Under the pieces are notes generated by a model. That model searched no databases and was not told the DNA's origin. It saw only the letters and a list, made by a program, of their open reading frames with translations. Of a DNA stretch of 64,000 nt, positions 1-9,695 are shown in pieces. The stretch covers positions 47,279 through 111,278 of the forward strand of contig JAJYLZ010000003.1 of NCBI GenBank assembly GCA_021787395.1. Direction: 5' to 3'. Origin of the DNA: Chloroflexota bacterium (lineage in GTDB: Bacteria > Chloroflexota > Limnocylindria > Limnocylindrales > CSP1-4). Within the stretch, counting starts at the first letter, position 1. Each line of letters starts with the position of its first letter. The position numbers and the translations under genes were made by a program.

Positions 1-2
1 TC

Positions 3-1274
3 CCGGCGAAGCTCGACGACGTCGAGCGCCGACGCGCCCTGGTCGATCTGGGCCGCGCCGGCGAGGCGCACCGCCGCGCCGTCTACAACGACGCCTACGG
101 CGCTGAGGTGGCCGTCCCGCGAGCGCGGGTGCGCGGGCTGCTCGACGCGGCGCTGGCGGCGCTCGAGCAGACGATCCGGGCCAACCGGCGTCCGGACGGC
201 CTGTACGACGCCTACAACATCCTCCGCATGGAGGACGACCGGGCGGTCGTCGAGCACCTGGGGCCCATGCTCGAGGGCCAGGTCGCGGTCCTCGAGTCGG
301 GGCTGCTGACCGCCGACGAGGCCGTCGAGCTTACCCGGTCCCTGCGCCGCAGCGCGATGCTGCGGGAGGACCAGCACAGCTATCTGCTCTACCCGGACCA
401 CGAGATCACGCCGTTCCTCGAGCGCAACACGCTCGCCGGCGAGCCGCCCCTCGCCGACCCGCGGCTGTTCACCCGGGATCGCAACGGGGCGTGGCACTTC
501 CAGGCCGATCTCGCCACGGTCGCCGACGTGGAGCAGCAGCTGGACGCCGCGGGCGCCGGCGACGAGGCCCGACAGGCGGTCGTCGAGCTCTGGAAGTCCA
601 CGTTCGGGCACCGGGAGTTCACCGGGCGCAGTGGTCGGTTCTTCATGTTCGAGGGCCTGGGCTGCATCTTCTGGCATATGGCGGGGAAGCTGCTGGTGGC
701 GGTCGGCGGCGCGCATCGAGCGGCCACGGACCCCGGAGCGGACCCGGCCTCGGCCGCGGTCCTCGCCGACGCGTACGACGACATCCGCGAGGGGATGGGG
801 TTCCGCAAGTCGCCCGCGGCGTACGGCGCGTTCCCGACCGACCCCCACACACACTCGCCCCGCCACATGGGCGCCCAGCAGCCGGGCATGACCGGCGGCG
901 CAAAGGAGGGGCTGCTGGCCCGCTTCACCGAGCTCGGGGTCGAGATGGCCGGCGGGAGGCTGCGCTTCGCGCCGCGCCTGCTCCACCTGTCGGAGTTCGC
1001 GCGCGACCCGTACCGGTTCGACTACCCGGACCTCGACGGCGGCGAGCGCGAGTGGGACCTCCCCGCCGGATCGCTCGCCTTCACCTGCTGCGGCGTCCCC
1101 GTCTGCTATCGCCTGGGCGACGAGCCGTCGATCCGGCTCCATCTGGCGGACGGCACGGTCCGGACGGTCGTCGGCGCGGAGCTCGGGCGCGAGGACACCG
1201 AGGCGATCGGCGAGCGGCGCGGCACGGTGGAGCGCCTGACGGTCAGCGTGCCGCGCGGCTCGCTGCGGCAGTAG
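3..1274 (+). CDS. hypothetical protein, 5' partial. The reading frame is open from the window edge; the first in-frame GTG is at 108.
   Basis: Long frame-0 ORF with no upstream stop, running back to position 3. The composition looks like a real protein rather than R/G-rich filler. No family recognised. Confidence 0.5.
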   Translation, partial: PAKLDDVERRRALVDLGRAGEAHRRAVYNDAYGAEVAVPRARVRGLLDAALAALEQTIRANRRPDGLYDAYNILRMEDDRAVVEHLGPMLEGQVAVLESGLLTADEAVELTRSLRRSAMLREDQHSYLLYPDHEITPFLERNTLAGEPPLADPRLFTRDRNGAWHFQADLATVADVEQQLDAAGAGDEARQAVVELWKSTFGHREFTGRSGRFFMFEGLGCIFWHMAGKLLVAVGGAHRAATDPGADPASAAVLADAYDDIREGMGFRKSPAAYGAFPTDPHTHSPRHMGAQQPGMTGGAKEGLLARFTELGVEMAGGRLRFAPRLLHLSEFARDPYRFDYPDLDGGEREWDLPAGSLAFTCCGVPVCYRLGDEPSIRLHLADGTVRTVVGAELGREDTEAIGERRGTVERLTVSVPRGSLRQ

Positions 1275-1317
1275 ACGGGAGCCGCGACGCGGGGGCGCCG
1301 ACGGCTCGAGGGAAGGG

Positions 1318-1671
1318 TCAGCCCGAGGGAGGGCAGGCGGGCCCAGAAGCCCGCGGGAGAGAGGAGGCCAAGGTGAGGACGCCTGCGAGTGGCATGCGTC
1401 GGGCGGACCGGTCAGCCTGGTCTCCGGGGGGCACAACCTGGTCCAGGACGGCAGCCGCAACCCGGCAGCCAGCGATCTGATCACCGGGGACGCCAAAATC
1501 GGTCCGCTCGCCGACAACGGCGGTCCGACCTGGACCCACGCCCTGCTCGCCGGCAGCCCGGCGACCGACGCGGCGGACGACGCGGTGTGCCCGGCGACGG
1601 ACCAGCGCGGCGTCGCCCGCCCGCAGGGACCGCACTGCGACATCGGCGCGTACGGGTACGTGGCGCCATAG
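1318..1671 (+). pseudogene. C-terminal fragment of a beta-helix surface-protein family. It has no start codon in frame.
   Basis: The frame-1 translation reads ...GGHNLVQDGSRNPAASDLITGDAKIGPLADNGGPTWTHALLAGSPATDAADDAVCPATDQRGVARPQGPHCDIGAYGYVAP*, ending at the TAG at 1669-1671. This is the conserved C-terminal GPLADNGGPT...CDIGAYE motif (choice-of-anchor-Q-like) of large parallel beta-helix proteins. The frame is open upstream but contains no ATG or GTG and only about 100 aa of the protein. Confidence 0.3.
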
Positions 1672-1735
1672 CCAGACCAGGACGCAGCCGATCCGTCCGC
1701 CGCTCGGCGGACGGATCCCTCGCGGGCGGCGCCAG

Positions 1736-3352
1736 CTACCGGCGGCGTCGCCTGCGGTCGGCCAGGACCTCGCGCGCCGCGTTCCGGCCGGGGGCGCCCG
1801 TGACACCGCCGCCCGGGTGGGCGCCCGAGCCCGCCAGGTACAGGCCGCTCACCGGCATCCGGTAGCGCGACCAGCCCAGCAGCGGACGCCACAGCCAGAA
1901 CGAGTCCAGCGCGGGCTCGGCGTGCATCGGGTGGCCGCCCGTGAGGCCGTGCTCGCGCTCGAGGTCCGCCGGGGTCAGCACCTGGCGCACCGTGACGCGC
2001 TCGGTGATCCCGGGCGCGACGGTCTCGAGCGAGCGCAGCACCGCGTCGCCCACCGCGTCGCGCTGGGCATCCCAGTCGCCGGCCGCGATCCGGCTCGGCA
2101 TCCACTGGGCGATGACGCTCATGACGTGGGTGCCCTCCCTGGCCCCGGCGACGAGCGACGGGTCCACGAGCGACGGGATCGTGGCCTCCAGCACCGGCTG
2201 CTCCGCGAAGCCGCCGTACTTAGAGGCGTCGAACGCGTGCTCCAGGGCGTCGATCGAGGCCGCGCCCACGAGGATCCGCCCGCGCAGCAGGCGCGGGTCG
2301 CCGGCCGCGGCCGGGAAGTCGGGCAGCCCGTCGAGCACGAGATTGACCTTGGCCGAGACCGCCGGGGTCCGGATGTTGCCGGCCCGCCAGCGCAGGCTCG
2401 GGCCCGCGGTCACGGGGTCGACGAGGTCGGCCAGCAGCGCCTTGGGCCCCAGGCCCGACACCACCGCCGGGGCGGCGATCTCCTCGCCCGACTCGAGCAC
2501 GACGCCGGTCACGGCGCCGTCGGCCGCGATGACGCGGGCGACCCGGGCGGCCGTGCGGATCTCGGCGCCGGCGACCCGGGCGGCGGACGCGAGCGCCTCG
2601 GACACCGCCGACGGACCACCCTTGGCGAACACGGTCTCGCCCGCCCCGCCGCCGTCGTTGCCGGCCGCGTCGGCGAGCAGGACGGCGGTCGTGCCCGCGG
2701 ACCACGGGCCCATCGCCGTGTGGCGGACGCCGCGCCAGGCGGCGGTCGCGCGGATCGCCTCGGTCGCGAACGACTCGGCCACGAAGTCGGCGACCGCCAT
2801 GGCGAGCACGCGCAGGATCGTCCGGCCGTCGTCGCGGCCCATGCCGCGGAAGGCCCGTGCGAGCCGGACGCCCATCAGGGCGTCGCCGGCGCCGGGGCCC
2901 TGGATGTCGGGCGGCGTCTCGTCGCCGATGTCGGCGAGGAACCTCGAGAGGGCCCGCACCCGGCGGTCGAACTCGACGAACGCGGTCGCGTCGTCGTCGG
3001 ACCAGGCCCGCAGCGATTCCACGCTCCGGCCGAGGTCCGCCCACAGCGTCACGGCCCGGCCGTCCGGCTGCGGGGCGAACACGCGCACCTCGGGCGCCAC
3101 CAGCGACATGCCGTACGCCCCGAGGTCGAGCTCGCGGGCGACCGACGGCCGCAGGCGGCCGACGGTGTGGGCGAGGGTCGGCGCCTTGACGCCCGGCGCG
3201 ATCTCCTCGGTGACGGCCGCGCCGCCCACCCGGTCGCGCGCCTCGAGGACGAGGACCCGCTGGCCAGCGCGGGCGAGATAGGCGGCGGCGGCCAGCCCGT
3301 TGTGGCCGGCCCCGACGACGACGACGTCGTAGACGTTGGCGGTCGTGGTCAT
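1736..3352 (-). CDS. phytoene desaturase (CrtI)-family NAD(P)/FAD-dependent oxidoreductase
   Basis: N-terminal Rossmann motif DVVVVGAGHNGLAAAAYLARAG, with CrtI-like length and architecture. The ATG at 3352 lies 1 nt downstream of the paralog's TGA. Confidence 0.85.
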   Translation of the reverse strand: MTTTANVYDVVVVGAGHNGLAAAAYLARAGQRVLVLEARDRVGGAAVTEEIAPGVKAPTLAHTVGRLRPSVARELDLGAYGMSLVAPEVRVFAPQPDGRAVTLWADLGRSVESLRAWSDDDATAFVEFDRRVRALSRFLADIGDETPPDIQGPGAGDALMGVRLARAFRGMGRDDGRTILRVLAMAVADFVAESFATEAIRATAAWRGVRHTAMGPWSAGTTAVLLADAAGNDGGGAGETVFAKGGPSAVSEALASAARVAGAEIRTAARVARVIAADGAVTGVVLESGEEIAAPAVVSGLGPKALLADLVDPVTAGPSLRWRAGNIRTPAVSAKVNLVLDGLPDFPAAAGDPRLLRGRILVGAASIDALEHAFDASKYGGFAEQPVLEATIPSLVDPSLVAGAREGTHVMSVIAQWMPSRIAAGDWDAQRDAVGDAVLRSLETVAPGITERVTVRQVLTPADLEREHGLTGGHPMHAEPALDSFWLWRPLLGWSRYRMPVSGLYLAGSGAHPGGGVTGAPGRNAAREVLADRRRRRR

Positions 3353-3353
3353 G

Positions 3354-4976
3354 TCAGGCCGCCTTCCGGCCGCGGGCGCGCAGGACTTCCAGCGCTGCGA
3401 GCCGCCCGTTGGCGCCCATCAGGCCGCCGCCCGGGTGGGTGGACGAGCCCGACAGGTACAGGTTCTGGACAGGCGTCTTGAACCGGGCGTAGCCGGGCAC
3501 GGGCCGGTTGAAGAACAGCTGCTCGAGGCTCAGCTCGCCCTGGAAGATGTTCCCCTCGGTCAGGCCCATCGTGCGCTCGATGTCGAGCGGGGTGAGGACC
3601 TGGCGGCCGATGATGATGTCCCGGATGTTGGGCGCGAACTCGGCGATCCGGTCGATCACCGCGTCCCCGAAGGCCTCGCGCTGGTCGTCCCAGGTGCCCA
3701 GCTCCGGCGCCAGCCGGTACGGCGCGTACTGGACGAAGCAGCTGATCACGTGCTTGCCGGGCGGTGCCATCTGCGGGTCCACGAGGGTGGGGATGATCAT
3801 GTCGATGTACGGCCGCCGGCTGAACCTGCCGTACTTCGCGTCGTCGTACGCCTGCTCCATCTCGGTCGTGTTGGGGCTGAACGAGATGGCGCCCCGGAGG
3901 TGCTCGCCCTCGCCCGGCAGGCAGGTGAAGTCGGGCAGGCGGTCCACGGCGAGGTTGACCTTGCCGGAGCTGCCGCGGAACTTGAACCGGCGGACCTCCT
4001 GCTCGAAGGCCGGGTCGAGCGAGCCCGGCTCCAGCAGGTCGAGGAAGGTCACCTTGGCGTCGGCGGAGCTGAGCACCACCGAGGCCTCGATCTCCTCGCC
4101 GCTCTCGAGCGCCACGCCGGTGGCCCGGCCGTTCTTGACGACGATCCGGGCGACGGGGGCCTCGGTGCGAATCTCGGCGCCCAGCGCCTGGGCCGCCCGG
4201 GCGATCGCGTAGGAGACCCCGCCCGTGCCGCCCTTGGGGATGCCCCAGGCCCGGAACGCGCCGTCGATCTCGCCCATGTAGTGGTGGAGCAGCACGTACG
4301 CGGTGCCCGGCGAGCGGATGCCCTGGTAGGTGCCGATGATCCCCGACGCGGACATCGTGGCCTTGAGCGGCTCGGTCTCGAACCACTGGTCCAGGAAGTC
4401 CTTGGCCGACATCGTCATCAGCTGCACGAACACGGCCTGCTGGCGCTCCGGCAGCTGGCCGAAGCGGCGGGCGAGGCTCGCGATGGGCAGCAGCGGCCGG
4501 GGGTCGTTCTCAGTGGGGTCGCCGGGGACGATGCCCAGGATCGGCTTGATGAACCGGGCCATCTCCACCATGAGCTGGCCGTACTCCTCGTACGCCTCGG
4601 CGTCGCTCTTCGACCAGCGGCGCAGCTCGCGGACGGTCCGCCCGTGGTCGTTGACGCGCCACAGGTAGTCGCCGCCCTTGGGCGCCCTGTCCACTCCGGG
4701 CCGCAGCGGCGTGAACGTGCCGTCGAGCGGGAGGATGTCGAGGCCGTGGCGCGGCAGGTTGAGGTCGCGGATGATCTCCGGGCGGAGCAGGCTGACGACG
4801 TAGCTCGCGACCGAGAAGCGGAAGCCCGGCACGATCTCCTCGGTGACCGCCGCGCCGCCCAGGACGTACCGGCGCTCCAGGACCAGCGTCTTGAGGCCCG
4901 CACGGGCCAGGTACGCGGCGGAGACCAGCCCGTTGTGGCCCCCGCCGATGATCACCGCGTCGTAACGCTGCGGCAC
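3354..4976 (-). CDS. phytoene desaturase (CrtI)-family FAD-dependent oxidoreductase. It is a tandem paralog of the previous gene.
   Basis: Motif DAVIIGGGHNGLVSAAYLARAG. GTG start with a GGAGGGG RBS 4 nt upstream. About 40% identical to the downstream paralog by eye. Confidence 0.85.
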   Translation of the reverse strand: MPQRYDAVIIGGGHNGLVSAAYLARAGLKTLVLERRYVLGGAAVTEEIVPGFRFSVASYVVSLLRPEIIRDLNLPRHGLDILPLDGTFTPLRPGVDRAPKGGDYLWRVNDHGRTVRELRRWSKSDAEAYEEYGQLMVEMARFIKPILGIVPGDPTENDPRPLLPIASLARRFGQLPERQQAVFVQLMTMSAKDFLDQWFETEPLKATMSASGIIGTYQGIRSPGTAYVLLHHYMGEIDGAFRAWGIPKGGTGGVSYAIARAAQALGAEIRTEAPVARIVVKNGRATGVALESGEEIEASVVLSSADAKVTFLDLLEPGSLDPAFEQEVRRFKFRGSSGKVNLAVDRLPDFTCLPGEGEHLRGAISFSPNTTEMEQAYDDAKYGRFSRRPYIDMIIPTLVDPQMAPPGKHVISCFVQYAPYRLAPELGTWDDQREAFGDAVIDRIAEFAPNIRDIIIGRQVLTPLDIERTMGLTEGNIFQGELSLEQLFFNRPVPGYARFKTPVQNLYLSGSSTHPGGGLMGANGRLAALEVLRARGRKAA

Positions 4977-5016
4977 GCCACCCCTCCGTCTGGGACGCGC
5001 GGCCCGTGGGCCGCTA

Positions 5017-5035
5017 TTCAGTCTGCATGGGATCG
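5017..5035. promoter_or_regulatory. inverted repeat CTGCAT-N7-ATGCAG in a divergent promoter region. It is a candidate operator.
   Basis: The repeat is seen directly in a lower-GC intergenic region between the CrtI paralog start (4976, minus strand) and the LigT-like start (5120, plus strand). Confidence 0.2.
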
Positions 5036-5119
5036 ATGCAGTCTAGCCGACGCGGTCGCGGTGGCGCCCGGCCCAGGGTAGACCGCGCATCGACAGTCGG
5101 GCTGGAGCAGACTCCCGCC

Positions 5120-5677
5120 ATGCATCCCGATCCCGTCGAGAGCGCGCTCGTGGTCCGCGTGCCAGAGGCAGAGGTCCTGGTGGCGAGCTGGCGCCGCAGC
5201 CTCGACCCGTCCGCCGCATGGGGCGTCCCGGCGCACATCACGCTGCTGTATCCGTTCGTCGCGCCGGCCTCCCTGGACACCGAGGTGCTGTCCAGGGTCG
5301 AAGCGGCGCTGTCCTCCTTCGACCCGTTCCGGTTCACGCTGGCCGCCGCGCGGACCTTCGGCGACGACGTGCTCTACCTCGAGCCCCACCCGGCCGACCC
5401 GTTCCGCCGCTTGACGGAGCTCCTCGCGGACGCCTTCCCGAGCGAGCCCCCCTACGGCGGCGCATTCGAGGAGATCGTCCCCCATCTGACTGTCGCCTAC
5501 CAGGCACCGCCGGCGGAGATGCGCTTGGCGCGCTCGGCGGTGGAGCAGGGCCTACCGGTGGTGTGCATGGCCACCGAAGTGGCGCTCCTGACCGGCTCCC
5601 CGGCGCCCGGGGCGTGGCGCGTCGCCGCCACGTTCGGGCTGGGGCGCCGCGCGCGAGGGACCAGCGCCCGCGGCTGA
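5120..5677 (+). CDS. 2H phosphoesterase / 2'-5' RNA ligase (LigT)-like protein
   Basis: Two H-x-T/S-x motifs (AHITLLYPF and PHLTVAY) characteristic of the 2H superfamily. The internal ATG at 5120 was chosen over the ORF-track start because the upstream 38 aa are R/G-rich. Confidence 0.7.
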   Translation: MHPDPVESALVVRVPEAEVLVASWRRSLDPSAAWGVPAHITLLYPFVAPASLDTEVLSRVEAALSSFDPFRFTLAAARTFGDDVLYLEPHPADPFRRLTELLADAFPSEPPYGGAFEEIVPHLTVAYQAPPAEMRLARSAVEQGLPVVCMATEVALLTGSPAPGAWRVAATFGLGRRARGTSARG

Positions 5678-5686
5678 CCGCCGCCG

Positions 5687-8635
5687 CTACCACCCCTCGC
5701 GCAGGGTCCGCTCCAGTGCGGCCACCACGAGATCGGCGCTCCGCCGGTCGATGCACAGCGGCGGCTTCACCTTGAGCACGTTGTTGCCGTCGCCGGTCGG
5801 CTGGACGATGACCCCCAACTCCAGCATGCGCTCGCAGATCGCGCGCGCCTCCGCCTCGGCCGGCTCGAGCGTCGCCCGGTCGCGGACCAGCTCCACGCCC
5901 AGGTACAGGCCCATGCCGTGGACAGCGCCCACGATCTCCGGGTGCGCCGCGGCCACCTGCTCGAGGCCCGCCTTGAGGTGCCCGCCCACCTCGCGCGCGT
6001 TCTCGCGCAGGCCCTCGCGGTCGATCGTCTCGAGCACGGCCAGCCCCGCGGCGCACGACACGGGCGATCCGCCCACCGACGAGAAGAACGACCCCTCGGC
6101 GGCGAACGCCTCGGCGACCGCCCGCGTGGTCACCACCGCCCCGACCGCCATGCCGTTCCCGGCGGCCTTCGCCACGGTCACGATGTCCGGCACCACCCCC
6201 TGCTGCTCGAACGCCCACTGGTGAGCGCCGAGCCGCGAGTAGCCGGTCTGGACCTCGTCGCCGATGGCCAGCCCGCCAGCCGCCCGGACCGCCGCGTACA
6301 CCTCGCGCAGGTAGCCGTCGGGCAGGACGACACCGCCGGCATTGCCGTACAGCGGCTCGGCGATGAACGCACTTGGGGCACGCCCGTCGGCGGCGAGCGA
6401 CTGCAGGACCCCCCGGACGTCATCCGCGTACCGGGTCCCGGCGTCCGGCCCGCGGTGCCTCCCGCGGTACGTGTTGGGCGGCTCGACGGGGTGCACCCAG
6501 GCGGGACGCGTGCCCAGGGCCCGGGGGTTGTCGAGGGCCGAGGTCGTGATCGCGTCCGCGGCGCCGGTCCAGCCGTGGTACGCGCCGCGGACGCACAGCA
6601 CGTCCTCGCTGCCCGTCGCGGTCCGGGCGAGGCGCAGGGCCAGCTCGTTGGCCTCGGACCCGGTGTTGACCAGGAACACGGTGTCGAGCGGCGGCGGGAA
6701 GCGGGCCGCCAGCGCCTCGGCGAACTCGACCATGACGCCGTACAGGAACCGCGAGTTGGTGTTGAGCCTGGCGAGCTGGCGCCGGACCGCCGCCTCGACG
6801 GCCGGGTGGGAGTGCCCCAGCACCGCCACGTTGTTGACGGCGTCCACGTAGGCGCGGCCGCGCGTGTCCACGAGGTGCTGCCGCCAGCCGCGCTCGATGC
6901 GCGGCGGGGCCCCGTAGTAGTGCACCTGGACGTCGGCCAGGACGCGCCCGCGCCGGGCGAGGAGCTCGGCGGCATCGTCGGGCGGGGCGGCTGCGGCGCC
7001 GGGCGCCAGCCCCAGGTACGCCGACGGGTCGGGGCAGAGCCGACGCCACGCGGACGCCAGCGACGCCGCGGTGCGGCGCGGCGCGTCCAGGCCTGGGACG
7101 AGCAGGACCTGGGCGTGGACGCGCGGCGGCAGGCCGTCGGGCGGTCCGGCGGCGACGGACCCGAGCCGCTCCCCCGCCGCCACGCTCGCGCCGTCGGGCG
7201 CCTCCGCCCGCACGCCCTCGAGGATGAGGTCGAACGCGTCGGACCTGACGACGACGCCATCCGGTCGCCGCCGCAGGAGGCCGCCGACGGGTGCCGTGAC
7301 GGGCGTCCCTGCGGGCGCGAACAGGTCGGCCCCGAGGTGGACCGAGTCCGGCTCGGCCGCGCTGTCGAGCATCGCGTCGGCAAGCCTCGCCTCGCCCCAG
7401 CGACCGATCGCGACGGGCCCGGCGGCCAGCACCACCGGCGCCACCGCGGACGCATCGCCGGTCGCCCGCGACGGAAGCGCATCCGTGGCGGTCGACAGGT
7501 CGAGCACCGGCGCCCCGGCCAGGCCGTTGATCGGCGGCACGACGATCGCCGGCACCGATGCCGCACGCGCCGGCCCCAGCCCGGCTGCCTCGCGGAACGC
7601 CTCCTCGGCCAGCGCGAATGGCACGGCCGCCACCGCCTCGAGCGCCGCCCACTCGCCGTCGCGCACGCTGGCGACGTACGCGTTGTCCGGGTCGAGGGCC
7701 GCCTGCTGGTCGCCGCTGATCGCGACGGCCGCCGCGCGCGCCACGGCCATCGGCCACAGGGCGGCCAGTTCCGGCTCGGTCAGCGGCTGGACGGCCAGGA
7801 AGCCCCGGGCCACCTCCCGGGCCGCCTGCACGGGCGCCTCGAGCGCGTGGAAGGCGTCGGCCGCGATGGTGACCGCGAGCTCGGCCGCGAGCCACGTCCG
7901 CGAGAGGTCGCCGAAGTCGATGAGGCCGGTCGGCACCGGCTGCCCCGCCTCGTCGCGCCGGACGAGGGTGTTCACGTCGGTGACGTCCTGGTGGAGGGCC
8001 TGGACCCGCAGCCCGGCCGCCAGCGGGCCCAGCGCCGCGTCCGCCCGGGCCATCGCCGATTCCAGCAGCGCCCGTCGCGCCGCCGAGCCCGCGAACGGCG
8101 CCAGGGCCGCCACGACCGCGCCGGCGTGGCGCACGTCCCACTGGAGCGCCCGGTCGAGCGCGGGGTGGTCGAAGCCGTCCATCGCCCGGGCGATCTGCGC
8201 CGCCATCCGCCCGTGGGAGCGCAGGAACGGGACGGGCAGGTGGCCCTCGGCGATCGGCTCGCCCTCGAGCCAGGTCACCAGCCGGAGGTCGTGCTCGGCG
8301 CCCGCCCCGGTCGACAGCCGCGCGATCAGCGCGCCGTCGAGGGCCGGCTGCGGCACGGGCACGTCGAACGGGAGGCCTGCGGCCGCGGCCCGGAGCATGG
8401 CGGCGTTCTCCGCCTCGAGCGCCGACCGCCCGAGCCCCTCCCGGGCGACCTTGAACACGAACCGCTCGCCCCCGGGCGTGTCCACCCGGAAGTTGCGGTC
8501 CTGGTGGCTCCACAGCTCGTGCAGCTCGCCCTCGACGCCGAAGGCCTCCCGCAGCAGTCGAGCGGCCTCCGTCGCGTCGACGGCCGGGCGGCGGTGCTGG
8601 TGGCCGAGGAACGGGTTCTCGCGCATCGCGTCCAT
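5687..8635 (-). CDS. three-part fusion protein: an N-terminal APH/hydroxylysine-kinase-like phosphotransferase, a degenerate M23 (LytM-like) domain, and a C-terminal class-III PLP aminotransferase fold
   Basis: The N-terminus has kinase-like motifs (FKVAREG, HQDVTDVNTLV, IDFGD). The middle has VHLGADLFAPAGTPVTAPVGG, an HxxxD M23 motif, but the second HxH motif is not intact. The C-terminus has class-III aminotransferase signatures (LVNTGSEANELALRLAR, GDEVQTGYSRLG, VTVAKAAGNG, where K is the PLP lysine). Confidence 0.8.
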   Translation of the reverse strand: MDAMRENPFLGHQHRRPAVDATEAARLLREAFGVEGELHELWSHQDRNFRVDTPGGERFVFKVAREGLGRSALEAENAAMLRAAAAGLPFDVPVPQPALDGALIARLSTGAGAEHDLRLVTWLEGEPIAEGHLPVPFLRSHGRMAAQIARAMDGFDHPALDRALQWDVRHAGAVVAALAPFAGSAARRALLESAMARADAALGPLAAGLRVQALHQDVTDVNTLVRRDEAGQPVPTGLIDFGDLSRTWLAAELAVTIAADAFHALEAPVQAAREVARGFLAVQPLTEPELAALWPMAVARAAAVAISGDQQAALDPDNAYVASVRDGEWAALEAVAAVPFALAEEAFREAAGLGPARAASVPAIVVPPINGLAGAPVLDLSTATDALPSRATGDASAVAPVVLAAGPVAIGRWGEARLADAMLDSAAEPDSVHLGADLFAPAGTPVTAPVGGLLRRRPDGVVVRSDAFDLILEGVRAEAPDGASVAAGERLGSVAAGPPDGLPPRVHAQVLLVPGLDAPRRTAASLASAWRRLCPDPSAYLGLAPGAAAAPPDDAAELLARRGRVLADVQVHYYGAPPRIERGWRQHLVDTRGRAYVDAVNNVAVLGHSHPAVEAAVRRQLARLNTNSRFLYGVMVEFAEALAARFPPPLDTVFLVNTGSEANELALRLARTATGSEDVLCVRGAYHGWTGAADAITTSALDNPRALGTRPAWVHPVEPPNTYRGRHRGPDAGTRYADDVRGVLQSLAADGRAPSAFIAEPLYGNAGGVVLPDGYLREVYAAVRAAGGLAIGDEVQTGYSRLGAHQWAFEQQGVVPDIVTVAKAAGNGMAVGAVVTTRAVAEAFAAEGSFFSSVGGSPVSCAAGLAVLETIDREGLRENAREVGGHLKAGLEQVAAAHPEIVGAVHGMGLYLGVELVRDRATLEPAEAEARAICERMLELGVIVQPTGDGNNVLKVKPPLCIDRRSADLVVAALERTLREGW

Positions 8636-8703
8636 GGTGGCAGACCGGTGCGCGCCTCGGGGCGTTCAGCGTGGCGCCGGAGCAGCGCAGAGAGCGGACG
8701 CGG

Positions 8704-9558
8704 TCAGAGCGGGGCCCAGCGCGCGAGCTTCCAGGCGGGCGGCGGCGGCACGAACTGCATCGGGGCCGCCCCCGGCAAACCCAGCAACTCGGGGATGGTG
8801 ACGAACGTGAAGCCGCGCGCCCGGTACGAGGCGATGACCGCCGGCAGCGCCGCGAGGTCGATCGAGCTGCCGCAGTGGCCCAGGATGACCGAGCCGTTGC
8901 CGCCGCGGCTCGCCGCCCGCGCATACGAGGTGACCGGCCACGCCTGCCCGTCCGGACGGCGCGAGGAGTCCGCGAACGATGCGTCCCAGTTGAGGACGAC
9001 ACCGTAGCCTGCGGCGCGGGCGGCGAGCAGCGTACCCGGGCTGAAGGCGCCGTACGGCGGCCGGAAGACCATCAGCGACGGCTCGCCGATGACCCGCTCG
9101 AGCGCCACGCGGTCGGACGAGATCTCGGTCCACTGCTGCTGGTAGTTCAGCCCGGGCATGTAGGGATGGCTGACCGTGTGGTTGCCTATGGGGAAGCCGA
9201 GGTCCGCGACCCGACGCCACAGCGCCGGCGTCCGGACCACGTTGACCGAGTTCGGGAAGAAGGTCGCCGGCGTCTCGGTCTGCACGAGCACGTCGACCAG
9301 GGCTCCGCAGACCGCCGGGGCGTAGCCGTCGTCGAAGGTCAGCGCGACGACCTTCTGGGCTCGCGAGCCGTGGGTGACCACCGCCGCCGACAGCGGCTCG
9401 ATGGGCTTGGGCGCGGGCTCCCCTGCGGGCCCGAAGCCCGGCCGGCCGGGAGGCTGCCCCGCGATCGCGGGGCTCCCGCCCAGGCACACCGCCGCCACGG
9501 CGAGCAGGACGGCCGCCAGACGGCGGCGGGCGGACGGGGACGATGCGATGGTCAGCAC
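8704..9558 (-). CDS. secreted polysaccharide deacetylase (NodB homology domain)
   Basis: Motifs LTFDDGY and GNHTVSHP. The signal peptide RRRLAAVLLAVAAVCLGGSPAIAG follows a GTG at 9558. The ORF track extends to 9663, so the start is uncertain. Confidence 0.75.
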   Translation of the reverse strand: MLTIASSPSARRRLAAVLLAVAAVCLGGSPAIAGQPPGRPGFGPAGEPAPKPIEPLSAAVVTHGSRAQKVVALTFDDGYAPAVCGALVDVLVQTETPATFFPNSVNVVRTPALWRRVADLGFPIGNHTVSHPYMPGLNYQQQWTEISSDRVALERVIGEPSLMVFRPPYGAFSPGTLLAARAAGYGVVLNWDASFADSSRRPDGQAWPVTSYARAASRGGNGSVILGHCGSSIDLAALPAVIASYRARGFTFVTIPELLGLPGAAPMQFVPPPPAWKLARWAPL

Positions 9559-9695
9559 GGCACCGGATTCGACGACCGCCGCCCGCGCAGGGTGACGGCG
9601 GCCGACGGCGAGGGGCGCGCGCCCGACCCGCCGTCCCATCCAGCCTGCATAGCTCTCGTGCATACTTCCCCGGTCACCAGCGCTGGAGGTTGTGC

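Noticed and set aside
491-1480. 329-aa plus-strand ORF and its antisense partners overlapping the first gene
   Set aside because: It is extremely Arg/Gly/Pro-rich with no recognisable domains, and it lies in an alternative frame of a better-supported gene. This is a typical high-GC artefact.
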